From Negativicutes bacterium (GTDB lineage Bacteria > Bacillota > Negativicutes > UBA1444): a stretch of 64,000 bases of DNA. Of this stretch, positions 12,264 through 21,401 are shown piece after piece; positions within the stretch are counted from its first letter, which is position 1; each line of letters opens with the position of its first letter. The position numbers were made by a program, and so were the translations under genes. The stretch lies in the NCBI GenBank assembly GCA_963665275.2, contig CAXXIN010000016.1:1-64000 (forward strand). Direction: 5' to 3'. The notes under the pieces were generated by a model. It saw nothing but the letters and a program-made list of their open reading frames with translations. It was not told the DNA's origin and did not search any database.

Positions 12264-13238
12264 ATGCGTCAGATCAGTTTTTCCGAAGCGACACTGGAAG
12301 CAATGACCGAAGAGATGGAACGCGACGAACGCGTCTTTGTATTAGGAGAAGACATCGCCCGTCAGGGCGGAATTTTTGGCCAATTTAAAGGCTTGCCTCA
12401 AAAATTCGGCATTGAAAGAGTAAGAGATACGCCGATTTCAGAGACAGCAATTGTCGGAGCGGCTGTAGGAGCTGCACTTGCGGGAATGCGTCCGGTAGCC
12501 GACATGCATTTTGCCGATTTCATCGGAGTTTGCATGGATGAAGTCTTCAACCAAATGGCAAAAGTTCGGTTTATGTTTGGGGGGCAATGTACAGTTCCCA
12601 TGGTGCTTCGGGCGCCTGATGGAATAATCCGTTCGGCTGCGGCCCAGCATTCCCAAAGTGTGGAATCCTGGTTCATGCATATGCCTGGCGTCAAAGTTGT
12701 GGTTCCATCGAATCCAGCGGATGCCAAAGGACTGTTGAAGGCTGCCATCCGGTCCGATGATCCGGTTTTGTTTTTCGAGCACAAAGTTTTGTTCCCGATG
12801 AAAGGGCCGGTGCCCGAGGGCGAACATATCGTTCCGATTGGCAAGGCGAATGTGGCTCGGGCAGGTAAGGACGTGACGATTGTATCTTACTCTCTGATGA
12901 TGCATCGCGCGCTGGAAGCGGCGGAAAAATTGGCTGCCGAAGGGATTTCAGCGGAATGCATCGATTTGCGGACCATTAGTCCGATTGATAAGGATACAAT
13001 TTTTGAATCCGTACGCAAAACAAAACGATTGGTAATCGTTCATGAGGCCGTGAAACAGGGCGGCGTCGGCGCAGAAATCTCCGCACTGGTCGCGGAAGAG
13101 ATGATTGATTGGCTAGATGCCCCAATCAGGCGACTGGGTGCTCCGTTTGTGCCGGTTCCATTCAGCCCGGCACTTGAGAAGCTCGTAAAAATATCCGCCG
13201 ATGACATTGCAAAAACTGCCAAGGAGATCTGCCGATAG
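12264..13238 (+). CDS. acoB: TPP-dependent dehydrogenase E1 beta
   Basis: LGEDI, DTPISE, AAAQHSQS, IDLRTISP, LDAPIRRLGA. Confidence 0.87.
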   Translation: MRQISFSEATLEAMTEEMERDERVFVLGEDIARQGGIFGQFKGLPQKFGIERVRDTPISETAIVGAAVGAALAGMRPVADMHFADFIGVCMDEVFNQMAKVRFMFGGQCTVPMVLRAPDGIIRSAAAQHSQSVESWFMHMPGVKVVVPSNPADAKGLLKAAIRSDDPVLFFEHKVLFPMKGPVPEGEHIVPIGKANVARAGKDVTIVSYSLMMHRALEAAEKLAAEGISAECIDLRTISPIDKDTIFESVRKTKRLVIVHEAVKQGGVGAEISALVAEEMIDWLDAPIRRLGAPFVPVPFSPALEKLVKISADDIAKTAKEICR

Positions 13239-13283
13239 ATTATCGGCTTTAGGTTTCAAAAAACAGGAGGAGGGGACTAGTCT

Positions 13284-14312
13284 GTGAAGAAAAGCCTTAT
13301 TTTCGTTCTTTGTCTCGTGGTCGCGTTTTCCCTGATCGCTGCCGGTTGCGGCGGTAAAAAGGAAGAGCCCAAAAAAGAAGAGGGCAAAAAAATCAGCATT
13401 AAGATGAGCGTAACGACACCATCTGACTCATCTCCATGGAATATTGCCGCTAAAAAATGGGCGGAGCTTGTTAAAGAGCGGACAAAAGGCCGCGTAGAAA
13501 TCACCACGTTCCCCAATGAGCAGCTGTCCAGCGGTAACCAGCAGAAAGGGATTGAACAGGTTGCCGCCGGTGTGACCGGAGCTTCTCTTCACTCCACAAT
13601 AATTTATTCGGTTATTGAGCCAAAGCTGGCTGTTGTCAGTATGCCCTGGATTCTGCCGAATAACGCCGCCGTGGATAAAGCCATGAACGGTGCACCTGGC
13701 GAAAAAATCAAAGATTTGGTCCGTGCGAAAGGAATCGAGCCACTGGCTTTCGGCGAAAACGGATTCCGTCACTGGACCAACAGCAAGCGACCGCTGACCT
13801 CGCCTGAAGACATGAAAGGCTTGAAAATGCGCGTTCCCGGCATGAAGATGTATATCTCCCTGTTCAAGGCGATGGGCGCCGACCCCACCAGCATGAGCTT
13901 CTCGGAAGTATTCACATCCTTGCAACAAGGAACAATCGATGGACAGGAAAATCCGATCTCGGTTATCTATACCAGCAAATTGAACGAAGTTCAAAAATAC
14001 ATGACCATCTGCAACTACTCCTACGATCCGCTTGTGCTTGGCGTAAACAAGAAACTCTGGGACTCGCTTGACAAAGATACTCAGGAAATTATGCGCAAAG
14101 CCGCTGTCGAAGCAATGCAACTCAATGTCAAACTGACCCGCGAAGATGAAGCTAAACAACTTGATGAAATGAAGAAGAAAGGTCTGCAGGTCAACGTACT
14201 GACCCCCGAGCAGATCAAAGCCTTCCAGGCAACTACAGGGCCCGTATACAAAGAGCAGGAAACCGTCATAGGTAAAGACCTTCTGGATATGTTCATCGCA
14301 GCCGGAAAGTAA
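13284..14312 (+). CDS. dctP: TRAP transporter substrate-binding lipoprotein (DctP family)
   Basis: Lipobox LIAAGC; GENGFR, DMKGLKMRVP, LQQGTIDGQENP. Confidence 0.92.
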   Translation: MKKSLIFVLCLVVAFSLIAAGCGGKKEEPKKEEGKKISIKMSVTTPSDSSPWNIAAKKWAELVKERTKGRVEITTFPNEQLSSGNQQKGIEQVAAGVTGASLHSTIIYSVIEPKLAVVSMPWILPNNAAVDKAMNGAPGEKIKDLVRAKGIEPLAFGENGFRHWTNSKRPLTSPEDMKGLKMRVPGMKMYISLFKAMGADPTSMSFSEVFTSLQQGTIDGQENPISVIYTSKLNEVQKYMTICNYSYDPLVLGVNKKLWDSLDKDTQEIMRKAAVEAMQLNVKLTREDEAKQLDEMKKKGLQVNVLTPEQIKAFQATTGPVYKEQETVIGKDLLDMFIAAGK

Positions 14313-14405
14313 TATTCCTTTGAACTCAACGACTCTGGGGTGGCCCGCCGATGGTTGGCCGGGCCACCTTCTCTTAAATGGTTATTATTCATAGGGGGTG
14401 GGACT

Positions 14406-14879
14406 TTGTTCTGGAAAGTCTTCGATTCATTAGAGGACTGGTTTCTCGTCATATCGCTTGGCGCCATGATGATTCTGAACTTCGCGAATGTTGTATCCCG
14501 GTATCTTGTTGGAATGACTTTCGCCTTTACCGAAGAACTCACCACGAATCTGTTTGTCTGGAGCTGCTTCATCGGAGCTGCCGCAGCTGCGAAACGTGGA
14601 GCGCATCTAGGGTTTGATCTGATTGTAATGAATATGCCCCGAAAAGCGCAGCGCGTTGTAAACGTCTTGGTGACATTAGTGACGTTGAGTATGTTCGCAC
14701 TTCTCTTTATAATGAGCCTTGACATGATTCAGACGCAAATCATGCTGAAACAGGAAACCCCGGCGCTGGGAATGCCGGAATGGGTAGTCAGTCTGGCCAT
14801 TCCCGTAGGTGCGCTGTTTTGCTTCGTCCGTTTTGCCCAGGCTGGCTGGGCCACCTGGCAGAAAGGGGGAGCTAAATAA
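14406..14879 (+). CDS. dctQ: TRAP transporter small permease (DctQ)
   Basis: Four TM segments, SRY...EEL, GAHLGFD. TTG start after GGGGGTGG. Confidence 0.87.
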   Translation: MFWKVFDSLEDWFLVISLGAMMILNFANVVSRYLVGMTFAFTEELTTNLFVWSCFIGAAAAAKRGAHLGFDLIVMNMPRKAQRVVNVLVTLVTLSMFALLFIMSLDMIQTQIMLKQETPALGMPEWVVSLAIPVGALFCFVRFAQAGWATWQKGGAK

Positions 14880-16168
14880 TGTTTATGGAACCAAGCATTT
14901 TTTTGTTTGTTTTATTTGGGTTTCTTCTATTGTGGAATACTTCGATTGCTGTCGGATTGGGTGTTGCCAGCCTCGTCACGATTTATTTGATCGGAGCGCC
15001 GCTGGAGGTTTTTCCGCTTACGATGTATGCTGCGACAGCAAAGTTCGCATTACTGGCGATCCCTTTCTTTATCTTGGCAGGAGTTGTCATGGAAGCGGCG
15101 GGAGTATCAAGCCGCCTGATCAAATTTGCTGATGTCTGCGTGGGACATATTACCGGCGGACTGGCAATCGTCGGCGTTATCACCTGCTGCTTTTTTGCCG
15201 CTATCTCCGGTTCTGGTCCGGCAACCGTAGCTGCACTTGGCTCTATTTTGATTCCGGCGATGGTCAAGGCCGGATATGATAAAGGCTTTTCTTCGGCTCT
15301 CATGGCGAATGCCGGCGCAATCGGCATCATTATCCCTCCCAGCATCGCTTTCGTTGTGTATGGGGTTATTGCCGAAGTTTCGATTGGCAAACTGTTTATG
15401 GCCGGCGTTATCCCGGGACTTGTTGTCGGGTTGGGACTGGCGATAGTCAGCTATTACATCTCACGGAAACGTGGTTACGGCGGAAATGGGAAAAGAGCCT
15501 CCGGCGCCGAAATCTGGGCGGCATTCAAGGATGCTCTCTGGGGGCTGATGACCCCGGTTATTATTCTGGGCGGAATTTATGGCGGGGTATTTACACCGAC
15601 AGAAGCGGCCGGCGTTGCCGCTGTATACGGATTATTCGTCGGATTCTTTGTGTATAAAGAGCTGAATTTGATAAAACTAAAAAAACTACTGATCGATTCA
15701 TCTGTAGGTTCGGCTGTTGTCATGCTGATTGTATCCTCCGCATCTTTGTTTGCATGGCTCATCACGACAGAGGGCACAGCGCAGATGGCATCGGCGGCAA
15801 TGGTAGAATTCTCCAGTCAACGATGGGTAATTTTGCTGATTATCAACATTATCGTATTGATCGCAGGATGCTTCCTGGATGCGATTTCTATCTTCTACAT
15901 TCTCCTGCCAATCTTCTTGCCGATTATCAAGATGCTTAATGTTGATCCGGTCTGGTTCGGAGTTATACTGACCGTCAACGTGGCAATCGGACAAATTACG
16001 CCGCCTGTTGGTGTTAACCTTTATGTGGCCTGTAATATCGCCGATCTTAGCCTGACCGATATTTCAAAATCAATAATGCCGTTCTTGTTGGCTTCAATCG
16101 TTGCATTGATCTTGATTACCTATATTCCGGCACTTTCTCTATGGTTGCCGAGTGTGCTTGGAATGTAA
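14879..16168 (+). CDS. dctM: TRAP transporter large permease (DctM)
   Basis: LLAIPFFILAG, AISGSGPATVAA, IIIPPSI, FTPTEAA, ITPPVGVNL. Confidence 0.93.
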   Translation: MFMEPSIFLFVLFGFLLLWNTSIAVGLGVASLVTIYLIGAPLEVFPLTMYAATAKFALLAIPFFILAGVVMEAAGVSSRLIKFADVCVGHITGGLAIVGVITCCFFAAISGSGPATVAALGSILIPAMVKAGYDKGFSSALMANAGAIGIIIPPSIAFVVYGVIAEVSIGKLFMAGVIPGLVVGLGLAIVSYYISRKRGYGGNGKRASGAEIWAAFKDALWGLMTPVIILGGIYGGVFTPTEAAGVAAVYGLFVGFFVYKELNLIKLKKLLIDSSVGSAVVMLIVSSASLFAWLITTEGTAQMASAAMVEFSSQRWVILLIINIIVLIAGCFLDAISIFYILLPIFLPIIKMLNVDPVWFGVILTVNVAIGQITPPVGVNLYVACNIADLSLTDISKSIMPFLLASIVALILITYIPALSLWLPSVLGM

Positions 16169-16187
16169 CAAAGGGGGAATTTGACAA

Positions 16188-17507
16188 ATGGCTGCTGAAA
16201 TTAAAATGCCTCAACTTGGCCTGACAATGACGGAAGGGACTGTAACCCGCTGGTTCAAGAGCGTCGGGGAATCAGTCGCGCATGGCGATTTGTTGTTCGA
16301 AGTTGCGACAGACAAAATCACAAATCAAATTGAATCTACCGAAAGCGGGACTTTGCTGGAAATCAGGATCGCAGAGGGTCAAGTGGCGCCAGTCCAGGCA
16401 GTACTCGGAATCGTCGGCGCGGCTGGCGAAGTCGTGGTTGCCGCTGAAGCTCCAGCTCCTGCTGCAACCAAAGAGTCGGAACAAACTGCTTCGACGGGAT
16501 CTTCATTACCGGCAGCAGTGCCCGGTACTCCCGCGCAGCCAGAAGCTGACGGCTGGGTGAAAGCCTCGCCTGCTGCACGTAAATTGGCCAAAGATCAAAA
16601 AATCGATTTAGCGCTGGTTACCGCCACCGGACCAGAAGGGCGCGTTGTGGAACGGGATGTCTTGTCCTATGCCGCGAGCAAACCGACCGCTGCTGCAACG
16701 AGTCCCTTGGCTGCAAAAATGGCGGTCGAACTAGGCGTGGACCTCTCCACACTCAACAAAGACGGCCGGATCATGAAAGCCGATGTTCTGGCGGCATTCA
16801 AGACTGTTGCTCCCGCCAAGTCCGCTGCAGACCAGACCAAAACGCTCGCCGGCATGCGCAAAGTCATCGCGGAGCGGATGAGCCAATCTTGGAATACCGC
16901 GCCGCATGTCCACCTGACCGTGGAAATCGACATGGTAAACGCAATGGCTCTGAAGGAGCAGCTGGCCAAAGCCTCGGGCCAGAAAGCGTCGGTTACGGAA
17001 ATCATCATCAAATGCGCGGCGCAGGTCCTGGCCGAAATTCCAGTCGTCAACGCCAGCATTATCGGCAACCAGATTGTCTACCATGACTCCGTCGCGATCG
17101 GCGTAGCCGTATCGCTTGATGACGGACTGATCGTCCCGGTAGTCCGGGACGCCGGTGCGAAATCCTTGCGCGAAATCCGGGCCGCCGTCGTCGACCTCGG
17201 GGCCCGGGCTCGCAGCGGGAAACTGCTGCCGGACGAAATCTCCGGCGGCACCTTCACCGTAACCAACCTCGGTATGTTCGGCACCGACCATTTCACCCCG
17301 ATCATCAATCCGCCGGAAAGCGCAATCCTGGCGGTGTGCCGCACGGTAGAAAAACCGGTAGTTCAGAACGGGCAAATAGTGGTGCGCCCAATGTGCAACT
17401 GCGTTCTCGGCTTTGACCATCGTCTGATTGATGGGGCCGTCGGCGCCAAATACATGGCCCGCTTCCGCGAACTGATGGAGAATCCCTTGCTGCTTCTGGT
17501 GGGGTAA
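16188..17507 (+). CDS. acoC: Dihydrolipoamide acyltransferase E2 (one lipoyl domain, two E3-binding domains)
   Basis: MPQLGLTMTEG, lipoyl motif TDKIT, ASPAARKLA and SPLAAKMA binding domains, GGTFTVTNLG, DHRLIDG. Confidence 0.92.
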   Translation: MAAEIKMPQLGLTMTEGTVTRWFKSVGESVAHGDLLFEVATDKITNQIESTESGTLLEIRIAEGQVAPVQAVLGIVGAAGEVVVAAEAPAPAATKESEQTASTGSSLPAAVPGTPAQPEADGWVKASPAARKLAKDQKIDLALVTATGPEGRVVERDVLSYAASKPTAAATSPLAAKMAVELGVDLSTLNKDGRIMKADVLAAFKTVAPAKSAADQTKTLAGMRKVIAERMSQSWNTAPHVHLTVEIDMVNAMALKEQLAKASGQKASVTEIIIKCAAQVLAEIPVVNASIIGNQIVYHDSVAIGVAVSLDDGLIVPVVRDAGAKSLREIRAAVVDLGARARSGKLLPDEISGGTFTVTNLGMFGTDHFTPIINPPESAILAVCRTVEKPVVQNGQIVVRPMCNCVLGFDHRLIDGAVGAKYMARFRELMENPLLLLVG

Positions 17508-17574
17508 AATACAAGAGAAAACCTAAAGCTGGGGCATCCATTGCAGGTGCCCCTTTTTAACAGGAGGGAAAAGC

Positions 17575-18975
17575 ATGACGAAGAAAATCGTGGTAATCGG
17601 CGGCGGTCCCGGCGGCTATGTGGCAGCCATCCGGGCGGCGCAACTCGGCGCCCAGACACATATCATAGAAAAAGAAAATCTGGGAGGCACCTGTCTCAAT
17701 GTGGGATGCATTCCAACCAAAGCATTGCTGCATACGGCGGAACTGTACCATGCGGTCCGCCATGGCGAGCGTATCGGATTGAAGGGCGAATCCGTCACAC
17801 TGGACTGGGCGGCGCTGATGAACCGCAAGCAAAGTGTTGTGCGACGGCTCGTCGGCGGCGTGGGCGGGCTGCTTAAAGCCAACGGTGTGACAGTACACAA
17901 AGGAGTTGGCGAGCTAATTGCTCCCGGAAGCATCAAAGTGCACGGCGCCAATGAAGAAGTGCTGGCAGCTGACGCGGTTATTATTTCCACAGGCTCGGTT
18001 CCGGTGAAATTGAAGTTCCCCGGCTCGGATTTGCCGGGCGTGATCGACAGTTCGGGGGCGCTTTCGCTGGATAAATTGCCGGAATCGATGGTTATTATCG
18101 GCGGCGGCGTGATCGGAGTTGAATTCGCGGCGCTTTATGCAGCGCTGGGTTCGAAGGTAACTGTCGTGGAACTGCTACCCGAAATTTTGCCTGGAATTGA
18201 TGCGGAACTGGCGGTCAGTTTAAAGCAAAGTCTGACCCAAAACGGCGTTGTGTTTATGAACGGAGCGAAGCTGGAGTCCGTGAGTCAGACGAGCGGAGGA
18301 TTATCCGCCAAAGTTCTCTTGGGTACCGAGGCGAAAGAGATCCCCGGCGAGATTGTGTTGGTTGCTGTAGGCCGCCGTGCATTTACTGAAGGGACAGGCC
18401 TGGAAGCTGCCGGAGTAAAAATGGAACGGGGCAAGGTGCTTGTCAATGGCAACTACCTGACGAATGTGCCTGGCGTCTATGCCATCGGCGATTGTAATGG
18501 GATCACAATGCTGGCCCATGCGGCATCGCATCAGGGAATCGCCGCGGTGGAACACGCACTGGGACATACAGCGGCTGAACATGGGCAACCCATCGTTCCG
18601 GCCTGCGTTTACACCAGCCCTGAGGTAGCTGCTGTCGGGCTGACAGAAGAAAAAGCGAAAGAGCAGGGGATTGCGTATAACAAGGGCGTATTCCCATTGG
18701 CCGGCAATGGGAAGTCGATGATCGAAGAAGGCGAAAGCGGCTTCATCAAGATTCTGGCCGGCGTGAAGTATGGCGAGATACTTGGAGTGCACATGATCGG
18801 GCCGCGGGTAACGGAGATGATTGGGGAAGCGACACTGGCAATGCGCCTGGAAGCAACTGTGGATGAATTGGTTACGACAATTCACGCGCACCCGACGGTA
18901 TCCGAGTCCATCGGTGAAGCCGCGCTGGCGGTTTCTGGGCTAGCCATTCACTGGCCGCCCGGAATGAAGAAATAG
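17575..18975 (+). CDS. lpdA: Dihydrolipoamide dehydrogenase E3
   Basis: GGGPGGY, GGTCLNVGCIP, GGGVIGVE, HAHPTVSE. Confidence 0.95.
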   Translation: MTKKIVVIGGGPGGYVAAIRAAQLGAQTHIIEKENLGGTCLNVGCIPTKALLHTAELYHAVRHGERIGLKGESVTLDWAALMNRKQSVVRRLVGGVGGLLKANGVTVHKGVGELIAPGSIKVHGANEEVLAADAVIISTGSVPVKLKFPGSDLPGVIDSSGALSLDKLPESMVIIGGGVIGVEFAALYAALGSKVTVVELLPEILPGIDAELAVSLKQSLTQNGVVFMNGAKLESVSQTSGGLSAKVLLGTEAKEIPGEIVLVAVGRRAFTEGTGLEAAGVKMERGKVLVNGNYLTNVPGVYAIGDCNGITMLAHAASHQGIAAVEHALGHTAAEHGQPIVPACVYTSPEVAAVGLTEEKAKEQGIAYNKGVFPLAGNGKSMIEEGESGFIKILAGVKYGEILGVHMIGPRVTEMIGEATLAMRLEATVDELVTTIHAHPTVSESIGEAALAVSGLAIHWPPGMKK

Positions 18976-19646
18976 TGAAACGATCAGTATTGTGTCTGCA
19001 GGCGGGGCTTGTTTCTTATGCGGAAGGACTGGCGCTTCAGAAACAGGCTCGTGCTCGGGTGGCCTCGGGCCAATATGACGCTGTGTTGCTGCTCTTGGAA
19101 CATCGACCGGTAATAACGATAGGGCGAGGAGGCGGTCGGGATAACCTGCTTGCCTCCATCGCCGACCTTCAGGGTGCTGGAATAGAGGTTGTTGAGAGTG
19201 ATCGGGGCGGCAATGTAACTTGCCATAATCCGGGGCAATTAGTCGGGTATCCAATATTCAACCTGAACAAGTGGCAAGAAGATGTCCACTGGTATGTTGG
19301 GCAGGTTGAAGAGGTTTTGATTCGGACGCTCTGTGAATTAGGAATTATTGCGGGGCGCAAAGCCCGTTATACAGGGGTTTGGGTCGGAAATCGAAAAATT
19401 GCGGCCATCGGGGTTAGTGTAAGACACTGGATTACCGGACATGGGTTTGCATTGAATGTGGAAAATGATCTGAATCTTTTTCAGGCAATCATTCCTTGCG
19501 GGATCGTGGAATTCGGCGTTACCAGCTTGCAAGATCAGGGAGTTTCGATTGTAGTGTCGGACGTTGCCCAATGTTTGGCGCGCAAGTTCAGCGAAGTTTT
19601 TGATGCAGCGTTCGAAATAGAGGCAAGGAGTGAGAAGGCATGGTAA
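18975..19646 (+). CDS. lipB: Octanoyltransferase LipB
   Basis: LLEH.PVITIGR, DRGGNVTCHNPGQLVGYP, KIAAIGV, HGFALN, IIPCG. Confidence 0.92.
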   Translation: MKRSVLCLQAGLVSYAEGLALQKQARARVASGQYDAVLLLLEHRPVITIGRGGGRDNLLASIADLQGAGIEVVESDRGGNVTCHNPGQLVGYPIFNLNKWQEDVHWYVGQVEEVLIRTLCELGIIAGRKARYTGVWVGNRKIAAIGVSVRHWITGHGFALNVENDLNLFQAIIPCGIVEFGVTSLQDQGVSIVVSDVAQCLARKFSEVFDAAFEIEARSEKAW

Positions 19647-20122
19647 CCAATAAGGAGTTCGTCTCCGTGGAGGCGCACAAGGGCCGCACCATTGCAGCGC
19701 GGTTATTGCCGGGAACAGATATGGTCGGTGGAATTGAGGCAGTTTGTCGCACACACAACGTGAAGTACGGCTATTTTGCCAGCGTTATGGGGAGTTTGCA
19801 AAAAGCAACCTATGTGATTGCCATTCCTGATGCAGGGGCGCCCCTTGGATTCAAATATTGCGACCCCATTACCGAAGAAGGCCCCATTGAGTTCATCTGC
19901 GGCCAGGGAGTTATTTGTCAATCTGAAAAAAGTGAGCTCATGCTTCATTTGCATGCACATGGCGTTACTCCGAGCGGCAAAAATTTTGGCGGGCATTTTT
20001 CATCTGGCGGCAATCCGGTTTTGGCAACGATCGACCTTGTGATCGTAGAAGTGGAGGGTGCGAAACTGATGCGTCGGTATGATCCGGCGGTGGGTCTCAT
20101 TATGTTTAGCCCGGAACTTTGA
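19640..20122 (+). CDS. PPC/DUF296 domain protein
   Basis: ARLLPGTD, GSL, HLH...GGH metal-binding His motif typical of DUF296. Confidence 0.75.
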   Translation: MVTNKEFVSVEAHKGRTIAARLLPGTDMVGGIEAVCRTHNVKYGYFASVMGSLQKATYVIAIPDAGAPLGFKYCDPITEEGPIEFICGQGVICQSEKSELMLHLHAHGVTPSGKNFGGHFSSGGNPVLATIDLVIVEVEGAKLMRRYDPAVGLIMFSPEL

Positions 20123-20161
20123 ACAAACTAAATCGTTGAAGAGATAAGGTGTAAAATTAGT

Positions 20162-21016
20162 ATGACATCAGATATGGCAGAAAGAGCACCCTGGTTGACC
20201 CGCAGAATTCCAGCCGGAGTTGAAGTTGGTAAAGTCCAGGGGTTAATTGATGGGCTGCAATTGCATTCGGTGTGTCAAAGCGCTTCCTGTCCGAACCAGG
20301 GGGAGTGCTTTCATGCGGGTACTGCGACATTCATGATCCTGGGGGGCGTATGTACGCGCGGCTGTCGATTCTGCGGTGTTCCCAAAGGAGCGGTGGAAGT
20401 CGTAGATCCCGGGGAACCAGCCAAGGTGGCTGATGCCGTGGCTACTCTGGGGTTGAAACATGCAGTTGTCACGTCAGTAACTCGTGATGATTTGCCTGAT
20501 GGCGGTGCGAACCAGTTTGTCGGGTGCATACGGTCCATTCGGCAACGGAGTCCAGAAACAACTGTGGAGGTTTTGACTCCTGATTTTGCCGGAAATGTAG
20601 CGGCGTTGCAAGTGGTATTGGCAGAAAAACCGGATGTCTTCAATCATAACGTGGAAACAGTGCCCCGCCTCTACTCCAGTGTCCGTCCGCAGGCGAATTA
20701 CCAACAATCCTTAACTGTGTTGCAGCAGGCGGCGCAGGCTGGAATCAGACGGGTGAAAAGCGGACTGATGCTGGGGTTGGGCGAAACAGAAACGGAAGTT
20801 TTGGCAGTTTTTCAGGATCTGTTGGCAGTTGGTGTAAACTGCCTGACGATTGGACAGTATTTGAGGCCGTCACGTGAACATTTGCCGGTGGTCGACTATA
20901 TTCATCCCGACCAATTCAAAAAGTTGGCTGATGATGCGTACCGGTTAGGTTTTTTACATGTTGCGTCCGGACCGCTGGTGCGGAGCTCCTATCATGCCGG
21001 TGAGGTTTTTGACTAG
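20162..21016 (+). CDS. lipA: Lipoyl synthase
   Basis: CX4CX5C (CQSASCPNQGEC), CX3CX2C (CTRGCRFC), VRSSY. Confidence 0.95.
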   Translation: MTSDMAERAPWLTRRIPAGVEVGKVQGLIDGLQLHSVCQSASCPNQGECFHAGTATFMILGGVCTRGCRFCGVPKGAVEVVDPGEPAKVADAVATLGLKHAVVTSVTRDDLPDGGANQFVGCIRSIRQRSPETTVEVLTPDFAGNVAALQVVLAEKPDVFNHNVETVPRLYSSVRPQANYQQSLTVLQQAAQAGIRRVKSGLMLGLGETETEVLAVFQDLLAVGVNCLTIGQYLRPSREHLPVVDYIHPDQFKKLADDAYRLGFLHVASGPLVRSSYHAGEVFD

Positions 21017-21060
21017 TAAAACAAAGCTCCCGCGCATACCATATTCACAGGGAAAACCCG

Positions 21061-21090
21061 TTGACAGAGGCAGAACGCAGGGATTAGAAT
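21061..21090 (+). promoter_or_regulatory. sigmaA-type promoter of the lysine riboswitch leader
   Basis: TTGACA-N18-TAGAAT. Confidence 0.7.
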
Positions 21091-21120
21091 AGAGTCAAGT
21101 TCATATTCGCAGGAATATCC

Positions 21121-21288
21121 TGAGAATAGAGGAGCGGGCAACATCAGTACCGTCAGCGAGAAAGGCATTCGCAGACCTGACGGAAAAGGGTTGACCGCCG
21201 AAGCATGGAAAACCGCCAATTTTCAATGCTGGGCGTGCATCGAACAGGTGTGCGACTGTCACCATCTTTTTGGTGAAGCGCTATCTCA
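21121..21288 (+). ncRNA. Lysine riboswitch (L-box) aptamer
   Basis: L-box elements in order: AGAGGAGCG, AGTA, AAAGGG, CGCCGAA, CTGGG, GAACA loop, ACTGTC, AGCGCTATCT. P1 is TGAG(A)ATAG / CTATCTCA. Confidence 0.88.
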
Positions 21289-21330
21289 TCCAGCGGCAGG
21301 AAAGCTCCATGTCATTTTGACAGGCGCGAT

Positions 21331-21366
21331 GCACCGGGAGATAGGCTCGCCGGTGCTTTGTTTTTG
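21331..21366 (+). terminator. Riboswitch expression-platform terminator
   Basis: GCACCGG...CCGGTGC stem followed by TTTGTTTTT. It contains GAGATAG (21338-21344), complementary to the P1 3' strand CTATCTC (antiterminator). Confidence 0.8.
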
Positions 21367-21401
21367 CCCCGCAGTCTTATTAGGATGAAGGAGGAGTTTT
21401 T

